From Oscillibacter sp. (GTDB lineage Bacteria > Bacillota > Clostridia > Oscillospirales > Oscillospiraceae): a stretch of DNA of 64,000 nucleotides. The notes beneath the pieces are model-generated. The model saw only the letters and a list, made by a program, of their open reading frames with translations, was not told where the DNA came from and made no database searches. Shown one piece after another: positions 18,881 through 28,711 of the stretch (its first letter is position 1; the number at the start of each line of letters is the position of its first letter). The stretch covers positions 357 to 64,356 of the forward strand of contig JAFQRI010000101.1 in NCBI GenBank assembly GCA_017410185.1, read 5' to 3'. A program made the translations under genes and the position numbers.

Positions 18881-19284
18881 ACATCGTCGTCATTGACGGT
18901 CAGAGTGGCCGTATGGGTCAGCTCTTTATCGAGCGCGCCAGAGCCGCCGGGATCACCTGCCCCATCACCGCCGTGGGCACCAACGCCATCGCCACCGCCG
19001 CCATGCGCAAAGCTGGGGCAGATCAGGGTGCCACCGGCGAAAACAGCGTGGTGGTAGCCTGCCGCAGCGCCGACATCATTGTGGGCCCCATCGGCATTCT
19101 GGTAGCGGACGCCATGCTGGGTGAGATCACGGAAACCATGGCTCTGGCCGTTGGCCGCAGTGCAGCCCGCAAGCTTCTGCTGCCGGTAAACCAGTGCGGC
19201 AATCTCATTGCCGGCACCCAGACCATGAGTCTCTCCCGGGTGATGGAAGAGGCCGTGGCCCTGTTGAAAGAACTGCTTGCTTAA
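18877..19284 (+). CDS. DUF3842-like protein
   Basis: IVVIDGQSG, AVGTNAIAT, GATGEN and DIIVGPIGI motifs. Confidence 0.8.
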   Translation: MNIVVIDGQSGRMGQLFIERARAAGITCPITAVGTNAIATAAMRKAGADQGATGENSVVVACRSADIIVGPIGILVADAMLGEITETMALAVGRSAARKLLLPVNQCGNLIAGTQTMSLSRVMEEAVALLKELLA

Positions 19285-19386
19285 TCCTCCGTCCAAGACG
19301 GAGTATTCTCTACCCCCGCGCACAAATCTGCGCCTCAAGGCGTATTCTCCCGTTCAAGACGGCAAAACATAAGGGAGAATCTTACT

Positions 19387-19917
19387 ATGAAACACCGCAG
19401 CAATCCTCTTCGCACCCTCACCTACTCCTCGCTATGCCTGGCATTGTGCCTGGTGCTGCCCTTTCTCACGGGCCAGATCCCGGAGATCGGCGGCATGCTC
19501 TGCCCCATGCATTTCCCCGTGTTCCTCTGCGCCTTTCTCTGCGGCCCTCTGTGGGGAGCGGCGGTGGGCATCACGGCCCCTCTCCTGCGGCACTTCCTGT
19601 TCCACATGCCGCCGCTGGTGACGGCCATCGGCATGACCTTTGAGCTGGCTGCCTACGGTCTGGTGGCAGGGCTTCTTTACCGGCATCTGCCAAAAAAGCC
19701 CCTGTCCCTCTACACCTCTCTGCTCAGTGCCATGGTGCTGGGCCGCATCGTCTGGGGCTGCGTCATGGTGGTGATCGCCGGTGTCACCGGCACTGCCTTT
19801 GGCTGGGAGCTGTTCCTCTCCGGTGCAGTGTTCAGCGCCGTTCCCGGAATTGTTTTGCAGCTGGTGCTGGTGCCCGTGCTGGTGATGGCGCTCACCCGCG
19901 CCAAGGTTGCAGACTGA
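19387..19917 (+). CDS. ECF transporter S component
   Basis: Hydrophobic 176-aa protein with LCPMHFPVFLC, M.FEL..YG and PGIVLQ motifs. Confidence 0.82.
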   Translation: MKHRSNPLRTLTYSSLCLALCLVLPFLTGQIPEIGGMLCPMHFPVFLCAFLCGPLWGAAVGITAPLLRHFLFHMPPLVTAIGMTFELAAYGLVAGLLYRHLPKKPLSLYTSLLSAMVLGRIVWGCVMVVIAGVTGTAFGWELFLSGAVFSAVPGIVLQLVLVPVLVMALTRAKVAD

Positions 19918-19929
19918 ATGTCTGAGCAC

Positions 19930-19964
19930 AAAAACACCCCGCTCCTTTCGGAACGGGGTGTCTT
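19930..19964. terminator. Bidirectional terminator
   Basis: ACACCCCG...CGGGGTGT stem between convergent genes. Confidence 0.7.
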
Positions 19965-19986
19965 CATTCGTTCAATTGCTTCCCGA

Positions 19987-20238
19987 TTAGTCGGTAACGT
20001 AGGGCAGCAGAGCGATCTGACGGGCACGCTTGATAGCCTCGGTCAGCTGACGCTGATGCATGGCGCAGGTGCCGGTGGTTCTGCGGGGCAGAATCTTGGA
20101 ACGCTCGGAAACGAAACGACGCAGCTTGGCGGCGTCCTTATAATCGATGCTCTCGCACTTCTCGGCGCAGAACTGGCAAACCTTACGACGCTTGCCGCGC
20201 ACGGGACGAGCGGGTCTTGCTTCACGATCGAAAGCCAT
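19987..20238 (-). CDS. rpsR: 30S ribosomal protein S18
   Basis: RRKVCQFC...IDYKD...KILPRRTTG...[17 protein letters not shown]. Confidence 0.97.
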   Translation of the reverse strand: MAFDREARPARPVRGKRRKVCQFCAEKCESIDYKDAAKLRRFVSERSKILPRRTTGTCAMHQRQLTEAIKRARQIALLPYVTD

Positions 20239-20266
20239 GATGGTTTCCTCCTTCAAGAATGATAGA

Positions 20267-20713
20267 TCAGAACGGCAGTTCGCCGTCTTCTTCGCCGATC
20301 TCGGCGAAATCAGAGTGGCCCATGGGAGCGCCGGAGCGGCTCACAGGGGCGCCGTAAGCAGGGGGAGCGCCGTAATCACCGGCACCGGAATCCCGCTTGG
20401 AATCCCCGAAATAGACATTGTCGGCCACGACTTCAGCGCTTCTCCGCTTATTTCCGTCGCGATCGGTCCAATCCCGCATCTGCAGCCGGCCCTCCACCAC
20501 AGCCATACGGCCCTTGGTGAAGTACTTGCTGACAAACTCAGCGGTATTGCGCCATGCCACCACATCGATAAAATCAGTCTCCTTCTCGCCGCTCTGAGAC
20601 TTGAAGTCCCGGTCGACGGCCAGAGAGAAGCTGGTAACGGCAGTGCCGCTGCCGGTGCGGCGCAGTTCGGGGTCACGGGTCAGACGACCCATGAGGATGA
20701 TCTTGTTGAGCAT
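20267..20713 (-). CDS. ssb: Single-stranded DNA-binding protein
   Basis: [18 protein letters not shown] at the N-terminus and DGELPF at the C-terminus. Confidence 0.97.
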   Translation of the reverse strand: MLNKIILMGRLTRDPELRRTGSGTAVTSFSLAVDRDFKSQSGEKETDFIDVVAWRNTAEFVSKYFTKGRMAVVEGRLQMRDWTDRDGNKRRSAEVVADNVYFGDSKRDSGAGDYGAPPAYGAPVSRSGAPMGHSDFAEIGEEDGELPF

Positions 20714-20729
20714 ACGTGATGCCTCCCTA

Positions 20730-21029
20730 TTACTCGCCCTTGCAGACGACCAGGGAACGCATGACGCCGTCGGCGATACGCAGCTTACGGCTCAGCTCTC
20801 TGGGGAAGGTAGGCTCGCTGGTGAAGCTCATCAGCACGTAGTAGCCATCGTTCTTGAAGTTGATGGGGTAAGCGAGCTTGCGGGTACCCCACTCCTCCAC
20901 CTCAATAGCGGAGCAGCCATTGGTCTCAGCCAGGGACTTGAAGTTAGCAACGATCTTGGCGATGCCCTCCTCACCCTGTGCAGGGTCGATGATGTAAACG
21001 ACCTCGTAGTTGGCAGTAACCTTTGCCAT
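20730..21029 (-). CDS. rpsF: 30S ribosomal protein S6
   Basis: YEVVYII...EEWGTRKLAYPI...GYYVL. Confidence 0.96.
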   Translation of the reverse strand: MAKVTANYEVVYIIDPAQGEEGIAKIVANFKSLAETNGCSAIEVEEWGTRKLAYPINFKNDGYYVLMSFTSEPTFPRELSRKLRIADGVMRSLVVCKGE

Positions 21030-21036
21030 GTTTTGC

Positions 21037-21085
21037 ACCTCCTTTTGGACTGATGGCCCATGCCCGAAGCATGGGCAAGGATTTA
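21037..21085 (-). ncRNA. S6:S18 ribosomal protein leader
   Basis: TCCTTGCCCATGC-TTCG-GGCATGGGCC...AAGGAGG, in which an anti-SD segment pairs with the SD. This is the known autoregulatory architecture upstream of rpsF. Confidence 0.8.
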
Positions 21086-21107
21086 CTTGCGCAATGCAAG
21101 CTTTTTC

Positions 21108-21135
21108 ATTATATCGCAAGTTCTTCAAAAGTCAA
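21108..21135 (-). promoter_or_regulatory. sigma-A promoter of the rpsF operon
   Basis: TTGACT-16 bp-TATAAT. Confidence 0.7.
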
Positions 21136-21236
21136 GAAAAAGTTTTTATTTTTTGAAAAATCTTTCCTTTTCCCCAGAGATGTGCTATGTTTAAAATAGG
21201 TAATACAACATTTTGTGTTTTACGGGAGGAACTGCC

Positions 21237-21635
21237 ATGAGAGAACATTTTCGCGGTCTTGCCCATATCGGCGTGATGACCAAAAACTTAGAAGAGAGCC
21301 TTGCTTTCTACCGGCTTCTCGGCGGCGTGGAGACAGACCGCGCCACACTGCCTACCCCTGAGGGCAACAAGACCCTTGTTCTGATGGATGTGGGCGGCAT
21401 CGTTGTGGAGCTGATCGCTCCCCCCGTCCCCGCGGAGTCTGTGGAGGGCGTGGTGAGCCACTTTGCCCTCTATGTAGATGATATCGACGCTGCCCACGAC
21501 GCTATCGTAGCAGCGGGCATCGACACCTTCCAGGCCCCCAAAAAGAACGAATCCTCTATCTTCGGCGGCGTGGCCAACTGGTTCTTCACCGGCCCCAACG
21601 GTGAGCGCATCGAGCTGATGGAAATGCCGAAATAA
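21237..21635 (+). CDS. VOC/glyoxalase-family protein
   Basis: HIGV, VELI, HFAL.VDDID and GPNGERIEL motifs. Confidence 0.88.
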   Translation: MREHFRGLAHIGVMTKNLEESLAFYRLLGGVETDRATLPTPEGNKTLVLMDVGGIVVELIAPPVPAESVEGVVSHFALYVDDIDAAHDAIVAAGIDTFQAPKKNESSIFGGVANWFFTGPNGERIELMEMPK

Positions 21636-21647
21636 TCCCCCAGATAG

Positions 21648-21683
21648 AAACTGCCGGACGGTCACCCCGTCCGGCAGTTTTTT
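21648..21683. terminator. Bidirectional terminator
   Basis: AAACTGCCGGACGG-TCAC-CCGTCCGGCAGTTT. Confidence 0.85.
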
Positions 21684-22302
21684 AGTCCGAAATATATTCT
21701 CTTACGCGGTACACCGCGCCGATCTCCTCTTCGCAGATCCTGCGGCAGTTTTCGATCTCCTCGGCGGGGATGGTATCCACCACCGTCATCATCACCGTGG
21801 GGACATATTTCTGCACTTCCTTTGCAAAGCGCTTCATCTCCTCGTAGGCTCCCTTGTGGACAGGATGGCAGAGGGCGTCATACTTCTCCGCTGTGTCGGT
21901 GTTGAGGGAGATGGACACCATATCGAACCGGCCCGCAAAATCAGGGGCGATATCCCGGCCATGGATAAGGCTGCCGGTGCCGTTGGTATCCATGCGGGTG
22001 TAAATCTTGGTGCCATGCTCCTTCATCCGGTCGATGACCCAGCAGATATCCTCCATGCGGTAGCTGGGCTCGCCAAAGCCCACGAAAACCAGCTGGCGGT
22101 ATTTGCTCAAATCGCGGCTTTCAATGGACTCCAGAATTTCTTCCTTTGTAGGCTCCCGCTTGAGCCAGAGGTTGTGGGTGTAGATGCTGCCGCCGGAATT
22201 GTTGTGCCGCAGGCAGAACTCACAGTTGAAGTTGCAGCGGTTGGTGGGGTTCACATAGAGGTTATCCCCGTATTCATAAGTAATGGTAAAGCCTTTTTCC
22301 AT
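21682..22302 (-). CDS. TatD-associated radical SAM protein
   Basis: LYVNPTNRCNFNCEFCLR (CxxxCxxC), L.REP, GFGEP and TNG motifs. Confidence 0.88.
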   Translation of the reverse strand: MEKGFTITYEYGDNLYVNPTNRCNFNCEFCLRHNNSGGSIYTHNLWLKREPTKEEILESIESRDLSKYRQLVFVGFGEPSYRMEDICWVIDRMKEHGTKIYTRMDTNGTGSLIHGRDIAPDFAGRFDMVSISLNTDTAEKYDALCHPVHKGAYEEMKRFAKEVQKYVPTVMMTVVDTIPAEEIENCRRICEEEIGAVYRVREYISD

Positions 22303-22312
22303 GATTTGTTCC

Positions 22313-23194
22313 TTAGTAGCCTTCCAGATGGAATCCATCCAGAATGAATTCTCCGTCCTCATAGAGAACATCGGCGGTAATGTCCGCCACGTACCAATAG
22401 CTGATCTCCTTCTTCCCCTCAAGCCGAACTGCCATTCGACAGGTCATACCCTGCTCTGTCTTCTCAAAGCCAAGAACAGCCCCTGTTGTCAGGTCATAGT
22501 CCTTAAAGTCCAGTTCCATACCCTTCAGTTCCTTTGTGATATCCACTTTTTCCGAACCAAGGTTTGCGTAGGTGGCATTTCCAGCCTTTACCAGACACAG
22601 ATAACCGCTAAGCTCCGACATCAAAGGTTTTCTGGGGAAGGTATGGGCAGTAAGCGTCCCATCCCCGTTTTTCTCCACCACGTGGAGATCACTCATACTC
22701 ACGCCGGTGCCGCTTGCCATGTAGCAGTCCACCACCAGCTCCTCCTCGCCGTCGCCGTCAAAGTCGAAGCACCAGAGTCTTGGCAGAACAGCACGGGGCG
22801 TGATATAAGCCCAGTCAAACTCCGCCATGGACTCCCCCCAACGGATGAGAGCGGGGGAAAACTCCTTGCCCTCGATGGCATAGAAAGCAACGTCCGCCTC
22901 TTCCAGCTCCGCCAGCAGGGCGACGCCGCCCTCATCTATCCACTCTATCATATCCACCGCTTCTTCCGGCAGCTTGTAGTTCTCCACAGGGGCGCGGCCC
23001 TCTGCTTTTTCCGCGGACGAGGACACCGGCGAAAGCTCTGTCAGCTCCGGGATCTTCTCTGCCTTTTGCTCTGTTGTTCCCTCAGAGGCAGCAGGGGCGC
23101 TCTGAACGGGAGGCGGCGTCTCTTCCTTCGCCTTACAGGCGGAAAGGCTCAGGGCCAGCACAAGGCTCAGGGTCAGGGTCAAAAAACGTTTCAT
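22313..23194 (-). CDS. Hypothetical lipoprotein
   Basis: Signal peptide ending LSAC; DFDGDGEEEL motif. Confidence 0.75.
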   Translation of the reverse strand: MKRFLTLTLSLVLALSLSACKAKEETPPPVQSAPAASEGTTEQKAEKIPELTELSPVSSSAEKAEGRAPVENYKLPEEAVDMIEWIDEGGVALLAELEEADVAFYAIEGKEFSPALIRWGESMAEFDWAYITPRAVLPRLWCFDFDGDGEEELVVDCYMASGTGVSMSDLHVVEKNGDGTLTAHTFPRKPLMSELSGYLCLVKAGNATYANLGSEKVDITKELKGMELDFKDYDLTTGAVLGFEKTEQGMTCRMAVRLEGKKEISYWYVADITADVLYEDGEFILDGFHLEGY

Positions 23195-23287
23195 AGTCTT
23201 TCCTCCTCGTATCATTGTTATGGTTTCATCATAGCAACTTTTCAAGCGGAAAAAACCACAATCAAATGACAGTTGGTGTCAAAACAG

Positions 23288-24061
23288 TTACACTTTGGTG
23301 CCAAGGCGGTAAAACCGCACTGCGTTTTCCCATGTGATGCGCTCCATCTCTGCCGCGCTCACGCCCTTCCACTCTGCCAGTTTTTCGATGACGTAGGAAA
23401 GGTGGGCACTGGAGTTTCGCTTGCCCCGGAAGGGCACGGGGGTGAGATAGGGGGCATCCGTCTCGACAAGGATGCGGTCAAGAGGCGTGATGGCCACCAC
23501 CTCCGGGCTGCGGCGGGCATTTTTATAGGTGATGGGGCCGTCAAAGCCCAGATACCAGCCCCGCTTTAAAAGCTCCTGCGCCATTTCGGGGCTGCCGGAA
23601 AAGCAGTGGAACACGCCGCGAAGCTCGGGGTATTCCAGCACGATGGCAAGGCTGTCCCCATGGGCCTCCCGGTCATGGACACACACCGACAGATCCAGCT
23701 CCAGCGCCAGCTCGATCTGGCGGCGGAAGACCTGCCGCTGAAACTCTTTGGGGGGATTGGTGTCCCAGTAATAGTCAAGGCCGATCTCGCCGATGGCCAC
23801 CACCTTTTCGTGCTTTGCCAGCTCACGCAGGGCAGTGTATTCCGCTTCACCTGTTCCGGCGCAGTCACTGGGGTGGATGCCCACTGCCGCCCAGACATGG
23901 GGGAACTGCTCCGCCAGTCCCACCGCCACCCGAGAAGAGGGGATGTCACAGCCGGGATTCACCACGGCGCCCACGTTTTCCCCCGGCAGGGCAGAAAGCA
24001 CGGCCTCCCGGTCAGCATTGAAAGCGCCGGAATCATAATGTGCATGGGTGTCAAAGATCAT
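23288..24061 (-). CDS. tatD: TatD-family hydrolase
   Basis: DTHAH, GIHP, GEIGLDY, HDREAH, HCFSG and ETDAPY motifs. Confidence 0.93.
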   Translation of the reverse strand: MIFDTHAHYDSGAFNADREAVLSALPGENVGAVVNPGCDIPSSRVAVGLAEQFPHVWAAVGIHPSDCAGTGEAEYTALRELAKHEKVVAIGEIGLDYYWDTNPPKEFQRQVFRRQIELALELDLSVCVHDREAHGDSLAIVLEYPELRGVFHCFSGSPEMAQELLKRGWYLGFDGPITYKNARRSPEVVAITPLDRILVETDAPYLTPVPFRGKRNSSAHLSYVIEKLAEWKGVSAAEMERITWENAVRFYRLGTKV

Positions 24062-24155
24062 GCTGCACCTCGAAGTTAAGATTATCGGTTATAGAATATC
24101 ACAGTTTTCCGGAATGTAAATAAATTTTCGCACTCCGCAGTGGGCGAGATAAAAT

Positions 24156-24184
24156 AAAAAAGACATCCTTTCGGATGTCTTTTT
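24156..24184 (-). terminator. rpsT terminator
   Basis: AAAAAGACATCC-TTTC-GGATGTCTTTTT. Confidence 0.85.
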
Positions 24185-24197
24185 ATCAGCACACGAA

Positions 24198-24461
24198 TTA
24201 GCCGAGCTGGTTCAGCTTCAGGGTCATGGCGCTCTTCTTGTGAGCGGCATTGTTCTTGTGCAGAACGCCCTTGGCAACAGCCTGATCGACTTTCTTCACT
24301 GCAACCTTGTAAGCGCCATCGGCCTCGGTGCGATTGCCTTCTGCGGCAGCAACCTCGAACTTCTTGATGGCGGTTTTCAGCTCGGACTTAGCGGCACGGT
24401 TGCGGGCATTGCGCACCTCACCGATCAGAACGCGCTTCTTGGCAGACTTAATATTCGGCAA
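24198..24461 (-). CDS. rpsT: 30S ribosomal protein S20
   Basis: TTG start after AGGAGG; PNIKSAKKRV...HKNNAAHKKS. Confidence 0.96.
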   Translation of the reverse strand: MPNIKSAKKRVLIGEVRNARNRAAKSELKTAIKKFEVAAAEGNRTEADGAYKVAVKKVDQAVAKGVLHKNNAAHKKSAMTLKLNQLG

Positions 24462-24657
24462 ACCAAACACCTCCTTAGGCAAATTTCACGCGGCAGAGCA
24501 AAATCCACCGTGCAGAATGATATTTTAGCAGGGAAGTTTCGAAAAATCAAGTGTTTTTTTAAATTTTTATTGATTTTTTGTATATTCCCTTTTTCTATGC
24601 AAAAGCTACTTTCGTGACCACAAGATTTAGTGTTTTTTCAAAAAAGGAGTGGGTCTT

Positions 24658-25545
24658 ATGCTGGCAAAACGCACCGATCTGGCCCTGGAAGCCCGGGAAC
24701 TGTGGCAGGAGAGCGCCGAAAACACAGGGCGGCTCTCCGGGGTGCGGGCAAAAACCTCCCGGCAGGAAGGCTGCCCGGTCACAAAGGTGGAGATCCTCAA
24801 CGACCGGGGTGCAAAGGCTCTCGGCAAGCCCTGCGGACGATACTTCTCCGTGGACCTTAAAGAGTGTCTGCACCGCCGGGATTTTGACCGCGCCGTGCGG
24901 GTCGTTGGCCGACAGCTGCGTCTGCTGACGCCCCGGGAGGGCTCCCTTTTGATCGTGGGGCTCGGAAACGCCGCCATGACCCCTGATGCCATTGGTCCTC
25001 TCACAGCGCAGCACCTCCTTGTGACGCGTCATCTGATCTCCGCCCTGCCGGAGCAGTTCGGAGCCTTTCGGGATGTAGCCGTCCTCACTCCCGGCGTGCT
25101 GGGCTCCACCGGCATTGAAACTGCGGAGGCTGTTCGCTCCCTTGCCGCGCAGCTCTGTCCCGCCGCAGTGATCGCCGTGGACGCTCTGGCCTCCCGCCGC
25201 ATGAGCCGGCTTTGCACCACAGTGCAGATCAGCGACAGCGGCATTGTCCCCGGCTCCGGCGTGGGGAATCACCGTCACGCCCTGAACAAAGAGACTCTTG
25301 GCGTTCCTGTCATTGCCCTCGGCGTTCCTACGGTGGTGGACGCCGCCACCGTAGCGGCGGATCTTCTGGAGGAAAACGGCATTACAGAGATTTCCCCGGA
25401 ACGGCTGCAAAAGGGCAGCAATGTCTTCGTTACTCCCCGGGACATTGACGCGCAGGTGCGCCAGATCGGAAAGATTCTGGGTTACGCCATCAACTGGGCC
25501 TTTCAGGAACTGGAGATGGATGAGATCACTACTCTTTTAAGCTGA
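24658..25545 (+). CDS. gpr: Germination protease GPR
   Basis: RTDLALE, GLGN..MTPDAIGP, PGVLG.TGIET, VDALA, GVPTVVD and VTPRDID motifs; divergent from rpsT. Confidence 0.93.
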   Translation: MLAKRTDLALEARELWQESAENTGRLSGVRAKTSRQEGCPVTKVEILNDRGAKALGKPCGRYFSVDLKECLHRRDFDRAVRVVGRQLRLLTPREGSLLIVGLGNAAMTPDAIGPLTAQHLLVTRHLISALPEQFGAFRDVAVLTPGVLGSTGIETAEAVRSLAAQLCPAAVIAVDALASRRMSRLCTTVQISDSGIVPGSGVGNHRHALNKETLGVPVIALGVPTVVDAATVAADLLEENGITEISPERLQKGSNVFVTPRDIDAQVRQIGKILGYAINWAFQELEMDEITTLLS

Positions 25546-25581
25546 AAACAGGAGCTGCCTCATGACAGCTCCTGCATCAGC

Positions 25582-26565
25582 TTATTTCATCAATTCATAC
25601 ATGACGGCCTTGATGGTGTGCATGCGGTTTTCCGCCTCGTCAAAGACGATGGACTGCTCGGACTCAAACACCTCGTCGGTGACTTCCATAGCGTCCCGAC
25701 CAAAGCGCTCGCCCATCTCCTTGCCCACCTTGGTCTTGTGATCATGGTAGGCAGGGAGGCAATGCATGAAGCGGCACTGAGGCCCGGCATTATCCATAAG
25801 GGCCTTGGTGACCTGATAGGGTCCAAGAGCCTCGATCCGCTCGGCCCAGACCTCCACAGGCTCACCCATGGAGACCCAGACGTCGGTATAGAGCACATCC
25901 GCGCCCTTGGTAGCTTCCATGGGATCCTCGATAAATTCCAGCTTTGCGCCGGTCTCGGCGGCGATGGCCTGACACGCATCGATCAGGCTCTGGTCAGGGA
26001 AGTATGCCTTGGGGGCGCAGGCCACAAAGTGCATGCCCATCTTGGCGCAGCCCACCATGAGGCTGTTGCCCATGTTGTAGCGGGCGTCGCCTAAGTACAC
26101 CAGCTTCACACCCTCCAGCTTGCCAAAGTGCTCCTGCACGGTGAGGAAATCCGCAAGGATCTGGGTGGGGTGGAACTCGTTGGTCAGGCCGTTGAACACG
26201 GGAACACCTGCGTAATGGGCCAGTTCCTCCACCAGCTCCTGCCCGAAACCGCGGTACTCAATGCCGTCAAACATCCGGCCCAGCACCCGGGCAGTATCCG
26301 CGATAGACTCCTTCACGCCGATCTGGCTGCCGGTAGGCCCAAGATAGGTGGAGCCCATGCCCAGATCCTGTGCCGCCACCTCGAAGGCGCAGCGGGTGCG
26401 GGTGGAGGTCTTTTCAAAGATCAGGGCAACATTCTTGCCCTCCAGATACTTGTGGGGGATGCCGGCCTTCTTCTTGGCCTTGAGGTCAGCAGCGGTATCC
26501 AGGAACTGCCGGATCTCAGCAGGGGTGAAGTCCAGGAGCTTCAAAAAATGAGTGTGGTTTTCCAT
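25582..26565 (-). CDS. argF: Ornithine carbamoyltransferase (biosynthetic operon)
   Basis: STRTR, HPTQ, WVSMG and HCLP motifs; last gene of the arg operon. Confidence 0.94.
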   Translation of the reverse strand: MENHTHFLKLLDFTPAEIRQFLDTAADLKAKKKAGIPHKYLEGKNVALIFEKTSTRTRCAFEVAAQDLGMGSTYLGPTGSQIGVKESIADTARVLGRMFDGIEYRGFGQELVEELAHYAGVPVFNGLTNEFHPTQILADFLTVQEHFGKLEGVKLVYLGDARYNMGNSLMVGCAKMGMHFVACAPKAYFPDQSLIDACQAIAAETGAKLEFIEDPMEATKGADVLYTDVWVSMGEPVEVWAERIEALGPYQVTKALMDNAGPQCRFMHCLPAYHDHKTKVGKEMGERFGRDAMEVTDEVFESEQSIVFDEAENRMHTIKAVMYELMK

Positions 26566-26642
26566 AAGCGTACTCCTTTATGAAAAATCGAGTAAGGGCG
26601 GGGCGCGTCGCGCCCGCCCTTATCGTATGTTTTGAGAGAATA

Positions 26643-27821
26643 TCAGCCCAGAGCTGCCTTCATGATGGCAATGCCCTTGTCCATCTCTTCTTTGGTGATG
26701 GAGAGGGGCGGCAGCAGACGCATGCCGGGGCCTGCAGTGAGCACCAGGAGGCCTGCCTCAATGAGCTTGTTTGCGATATCGCTCTTGTTGTAGCCCTCGG
26801 CTACCTCAATTCCGATCATCAGGCCCATTCCGCGGGTCTTGCCAAAGCAGGGCAGGTCCAGTGCCTCGATCTGTTCGCGCAGATAGGCGCCCTTTTTCTT
26901 TACTTCCGCAAGGAATGCATCATCCAGCTGCTCCTGCACATAGAGGGCAGCGGCGGCGCAGATGGGGTTGGCTCCAAAAGTGGTGGCATGGGTGCCGGGG
27001 CCGAGAACATTGCGGCACTTCTCGTTGGCCATGATGCCGGCCATAGGGAGACCGCCCGCGATGCCCTTGGCGAAGGACACCACATCAGGGAGCAGGTCAT
27101 ACTGCTGGAAGCAGAAGAGGCTGCCGGTGCGGCCCACGCCGCTCTGAACTTCGTCCACCAGGAAGAGCCAGTCCCGCTCTTCGCAGATCTTCTTTACGGC
27201 CTGCACATACTCATAGTCCAGAGGCAGCACGCCGCCCTCGCCCTGCACCAGCTCCATCATAACGGCGCAGACATCGTCTCCGGCGGCAGCTTCCAGTGCC
27301 TCGAGGTCGTTGGCTGCGGCATAACGGAAGCCTTCAGTGAAGGGGAAAAAATACTGATGGAACACATCCTGACCGGTGGCCATCAGCGTGGTGATGGTGC
27401 GGCCGTGGAAGGAATTGCGCAGCGTGATGATGGTTGCGCGGCCCTTGCCATACTTATCGAAGCTGTACTTGCGGGCCAGCTTGATCATGCCCTCGTTGGC
27501 TTCACCGCCGCCGTTTGCGAAGAACACACAGCTCTCGCCGGTACGCTTGCACAGGATCTCGGCAAGCTTTGCGGAGGGCTCGGTATAGAAGAGGTTGGAA
27601 ACATGGTTGAGCTTTCTGGCCTGCTGTGCCACGACCTCCGCCCAGCCCTCGTTGCCGTAGCCAAGGCAGGTGACGCCGATGCCGCTGGTAAAGTCGATAT
27701 ATTCCCTGCCCTCGCCATCATAGAGCTTAGCCCCCTTGCCATGATCGATGGCCACAGGGAAACGGCCATAGGTGGTCATGACATACTGATGGGTCAGATC
27801 CTTCATTTCGATGGAAGTCAT
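26643..27821 (-). CDS. argD: Acetylornithine aminotransferase
   Basis: FHGRT, QGEGG, DEVQSG.GRTG and AKG.AGG motifs; ATG 27821 overlaps the argB stop. Confidence 0.93.
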   Translation of the reverse strand: MTSIEMKDLTHQYVMTTYGRFPVAIDHGKGAKLYDGEGREYIDFTSGIGVTCLGYGNEGWAEVVAQQARKLNHVSNLFYTEPSAKLAEILCKRTGESCVFFANGGGEANEGMIKLARKYSFDKYGKGRATIITLRNSFHGRTITTLMATGQDVFHQYFFPFTEGFRYAAANDLEALEAAAGDDVCAVMMELVQGEGGVLPLDYEYVQAVKKICEERDWLFLVDEVQSGVGRTGSLFCFQQYDLLPDVVSFAKGIAGGLPMAGIMANEKCRNVLGPGTHATTFGANPICAAAALYVQEQLDDAFLAEVKKKGAYLREQIEALDLPCFGKTRGMGLMIGIEVAEGYNKSDIANKLIEAGLLVLTAGPGMRLLPPLSITKEEMDKGIAIMKAALG

Positions 27822-28684
27822 AGGGTTTCCTCCTTTTTCAGCATAGTACCGATACCATGATCGGAGAGAAGTTCGATGAGGATGGAGTGGGGGATGCGGC
27901 CATCGATGACATGCACACGCTCCACGCCGCCATGGATGGCCTCCACGCAGCACTCCATTTTGGGGATCATACCGCCGGAGATCACGCCCTCTTCAATGAG
28001 CTTGGGCACATCATAGGTATGCACCTCATGGATGAGGGTGCTTTCATCCTTGGGATCCCGGAGGAGACCCCGGATATCGGTGAGAAGGATCAGCTTCTCG
28101 GCGTCCAGCGCGGCTGCCAGCTGCGCTGCCGCAGTGTCGGCATTGATATTATAGGCAGTGTCAGCGTCCATACCCTGTGCCACAGTGGAAACAACAGGGA
28201 TATACCCTTCCCGGATGGCGCTTTCCACAGCAGAAGGATCCACACCGGTGATGCGGCCCACAAGGCCGTATTTTTCATCCAGCTGAACGGCCTGAAAGAG
28301 CTGACCATCCATGCCGCAAAGGCCGATGGCCTTGCCGCCGAGGCGGTTGAGCTGGGCCACCAGATTCTTGTTGACCTTGCCGCAGAGGATGGACTGCACC
28401 ACCTCCATGGTGGTCTCATCGGTGTAGCGAAGACCATCTACAAAGTGGGTGGAGTGGTTGAGGCGCTTGAGCATGTCAGAGATCTCCGGCCCGCCGCCGT
28501 GGACTACCACCACCCGGATGCCAACGAGAGAGAGCAGGATGATATCGCTCATCACTGCCTTTCGCAGCTCTTCGGAGATCATGGCGTTGCCGCCGTATTT
28601 CACCACAATGGTCTTGCCGGTGAATTTTTGAATATAAGGCAGAGCCTCTACCAGGGTCTGGGCCTGCTGTGCATGAGAAGACAT
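27818..28684 (-). CDS. argB: Acetylglutamate kinase
   Basis: VKYGGNAM, VHGGGP, GLRYTD, NINAD and GGMIPK motifs. Confidence 0.96.
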   Translation of the reverse strand: MSSHAQQAQTLVEALPYIQKFTGKTIVVKYGGNAMISEELRKAVMSDIILLSLVGIRVVVVHGGGPEISDMLKRLNHSTHFVDGLRYTDETTMEVVQSILCGKVNKNLVAQLNRLGGKAIGLCGMDGQLFQAVQLDEKYGLVGRITGVDPSAVESAIREGYIPVVSTVAQGMDADTAYNINADTAAAQLAAALDAEKLILLTDIRGLLRDPKDESTLIHEVHTYDVPKLIEEGVISGGMIPKMECCVEAIHGGVERVHVIDGRIPHSILIELLSDHGIGTMLKKEETL

Positions 28685-28711
28685 AGGGATGTCCTCCTTT
28701 CGTCCGATGGA

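Noticed and set aside
24580-24608. sigma-F/G-type promoter for gpr
   Set aside because: Biologically plausible, but the -10 match and spacing are too weak to call.
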